A stretch of 63,758 nt of DNA, filler included, from Octopus bimaculoides (Eukaryota), in NCBI RefSeq assembly GCF_001194135.2. It is 6 parts of 6 records of this genome, joined end to end, with 100 filler letters (N's around TTAATTAATTAA, not from the genome) between each part and the next. Parts side by side here need not be neighbours in the genome. Positions count along the whole stretch, not along the records: positions 55,592 to 62,585 come from NW_026354914.1; positions 62,686 to 63,758 come from NC_068999.1; 4 more parts are not named here. One strand, 5' to 3'. Both the position numbers and the translations under genes were made by a program. This document shows, one piece after another, positions 61,402-63,758 of this stretch; the first letter of the stretch is position 1, and each line of letters starts with the position of its first letter. The notes under the pieces are model-generated. The model worked only from the letters and a program-made list of their open reading frames with translations. It did no database searches and was not told the origin of the DNA.

Positions 61402-62330
61402 ATGCAGACAATTTGCCGATTGGACAATAAGACAACATGCGGAAGTATTGATCAAGGAGTTAATCAAAACAGAATGAAGAGGCAGAAAGCTCTATATAAA
61501 GGGTACACCTACATTATTGATAGAACCAGAAAAGAAAAGACTTATTGGAGATGTGAAAATCGTAAACTGTTCAGTGCTAGACTAACAACAATTGATGATG
61601 AAATTAGCACAACTCCTTCTGAACACATACATCCACCTACGCCAATTGAAAATCATGCTGCAAAAGTTAAGGAAGAAATAAAGCTTTTTGCTGGACAAGC
61701 TGAACAATTGCCGAGCTCTATAGTTGAAACTGTAGCTTCCAATATCTCCTCGAGCATTGCTAGATGTTTGCCGAAATGGAATCACTTAAACGTACAGTGC
61801 AACGGAAAAGACCAGTTATTATTGAGGATGAATTGTATAAAACAGCAAGAGGTGATAATTTTTTACTATATAGAAATAATGAAGTTTCTATATTTGGTAC
61901 TGTGAAAAATTTAGAAATTTTATCCCAAAAGTGAGTGGTTTTGTGATGGAATATTTGACTGTTCTCCTTTAGGTAAGCAGTTATACATGATCCATGCTCT
62001 AATTTGTGAAAGTAAAACAGTGCCTCTACTCCACTGCATAACAAACAGTAAATCTAAAGCAAATTATGATTTGGTATTTAAATTCATTAAAGAAGAAAGG
62101 AATATAAGTGTGAAATCAATTACAGTTGACTTTGAAAAAGCAGCTATAAACAGCATTGGAAAAAATTTCCCTCACATTTCTGTGTTTGGTTGTGTTTCCA
62201 ACTCTCGAGAGTGTTTATACCACAAGATACAGGCTACAGGTTTACAAATGTGGTAAATCAAAGGAAAAATTGCATTTATAATAAAACAGCTGCAAGTGTT
62301 AGCTTTCATACCACCTAATGATGTACTCTC
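61402..62330 (+). pseudogene. FLYWCH + MULE (Mutator-like) transposase pseudogene
   Basis: KGYTYIIDR...KTYWRCE...SARLTT...SEHIHPP (FLYWCH-like), WFCDGIF and TVDFEKAAINSI (DDE motifs), FGCVSN, QVLAFIP; frameshifts near 61770 and 61928, stop at 62254-62256, truncated by a SINE. Confidence 0.88.
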
Positions 62331-62530
62331 TTTTACTTCTTTCAGTCATTTGACTGCGGCCATGCTGGAGCACCGCCTTTAATCGAGAAAATCGAGCCCA
62401 GGACTTATTCTTTGGATGCCGAGTACTTATTCTATTGGTTTCTTTTGGCGAACCGCTAAGTTACGGGGACATAACCACCACACCATCGGTCGTCAAGCGA
62501 TGTTGGGGTGGTGGGACAAACACAGACACA
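62330..62530 (-). mobile_element. SINE family A 3' part
   Basis: tttcagtcatttgactgcggccatgctggagcacc...gaaccgctaagttacggggac. Confidence 0.9.
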
Positions 62531-62685
62531 TAAACATATGTATATATATATATATGTGTATATATGTATATATATATATATGTGTNNNNNNNNNNNNNNN
62601 NNNNNNNNNNNNNNNNNNNNNNNNNNNNNTTAATTAATTAANNNNNNNNNNNNNNNNNNNNNNNNNNNNNNNNNNNNNNNNNNNN

Positions 62686-62721
<36 letters not shown>

Positions 62722-62737
62722 CACGTGTGTATGGTTT

Positions 62738-62777
<40 letters not shown>

Positions 62778-63758
62778 CACGTGTGTATGGTTTTATGTAT
62801 ATGTAGAGAGAAACGCGTATATTTACATATGTATAATTATACATGCCTGTATACACATGCTAATACGTATTTTAACAATATGTAACTATTGATATTTCCC
62901 CAATTATATAATCTTATATGTGTGTATGTGCCTGTTTATACATGTACCTGTGCATCCCCCACCCCCATATATATATATATACACCTTCATACCTTTATGT
63001 ATATTTTTGCCGGCTGGTGTGCTTGCATATATTTACGTATGTATGTGTGCATATTTATCAAAAATCGTTTAATTATATATGAAAGCATCAGTTTTATTTA
63101 ACGTTAAGGAGTATGTTTTCAATTATCTAAAATTATTTCATTTATTTCAGATAGTTCCAAATGTAATCATCCTGAATATTTCTCTTTTATATTCTTAAAC
63201 TTTTAAACTTTTTTCATCCATTTATTAATATTCTTTTTGCAGATAATCTTATCAATTATTTCGTTGCAATTTAATCTCTTCTATTAGTGAATTCGATTAT
63301 ATTTTAATGGTATTTTCGGGTATTATGTACATGTAGGACATAAAGCAGAGAGAATCAGACAAGTATATAAATAATATTTGAAAGGAGAGATAACGAGTAA
63401 CAGCTAGATAGATAGAGAGATCTAAACAAAAATAAATCGAAAGAGAGACATGGAGAGAGAAAGAGAGACTGACAGACAGGCAGAGTGAGACAGACTGACG
63501 GACAGTTAGACAAAATGAGAGCAGGTGAATTAAAAAGCGGCAACAAGTATTCCTCATGAAGTTATTTCTTTATGGAGTTTTAATTGTCATTTTCTTCATA
63601 TTGTTGCAACTAGTATTATACCGATGTTTGTTAGTAATGTTTGTTGAACAATTATAATACACGCGCACAAGCGCACCCGAAAACCAACAGACACATACTT
63701 AAAGACACATTAACGAATACACAATGTAGATGAATATATATATATATATATATATATA

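Noticed and set aside
62686-62800. Tandem duplication of tatatacacatacacgtgtgtatggttttatgtat
   Set aside because: Low-complexity sequence at a gap edge; probable assembly duplication

Overview
AT-rich, repeat-dense eukaryotic (metazoan) genomic DNA from a gapped scaffold. The SINE/LINE/Penelope families and the dense (TA)n/(CA)n/(GA)n/(ATT)n microsatellites resemble a coleoid cephalopod (Octopus-like) genome; this is pattern-recognition inference, not a database result. Most ORFs in the supplied track are microsatellite, N-gap or antisense artefacts. Main content: (1) a ~25 kb field (22.1-46.9 kb) of a 52-bp satellite with a young 104-bp dimeric higher-order segment, diverged subfamilies, several orientation switches and TE insertions; (2) Penelope-like element (PLE) remnants (two GIY-YIG fragments, terminal-repeat pieces), including two minimal type I hammerhead ribozyme motifs, one in the loop of a perfect 51-bp inverted repeat; (3) a chain of phase-compatible minus-strand exons (49.6-60.5 kb) of an unidentified gene, plus weaker micro-exon candidates at 8.9-18 kb; (4) decayed transposons: RTE and CR1/L2-like LINEs, tRNA-derived SINEs, pogo-like, mariner-like, Helitron-like and piggyBac-like non-autonomous elements and a FLYWCH-MULE transposase pseudogene; (5) a decayed tRNA gene between 320-bp-spaced direct repeats. 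All splice, motif and repeat calls were made by eye, TE boundaries are approximate, and no alignments or searches were run.
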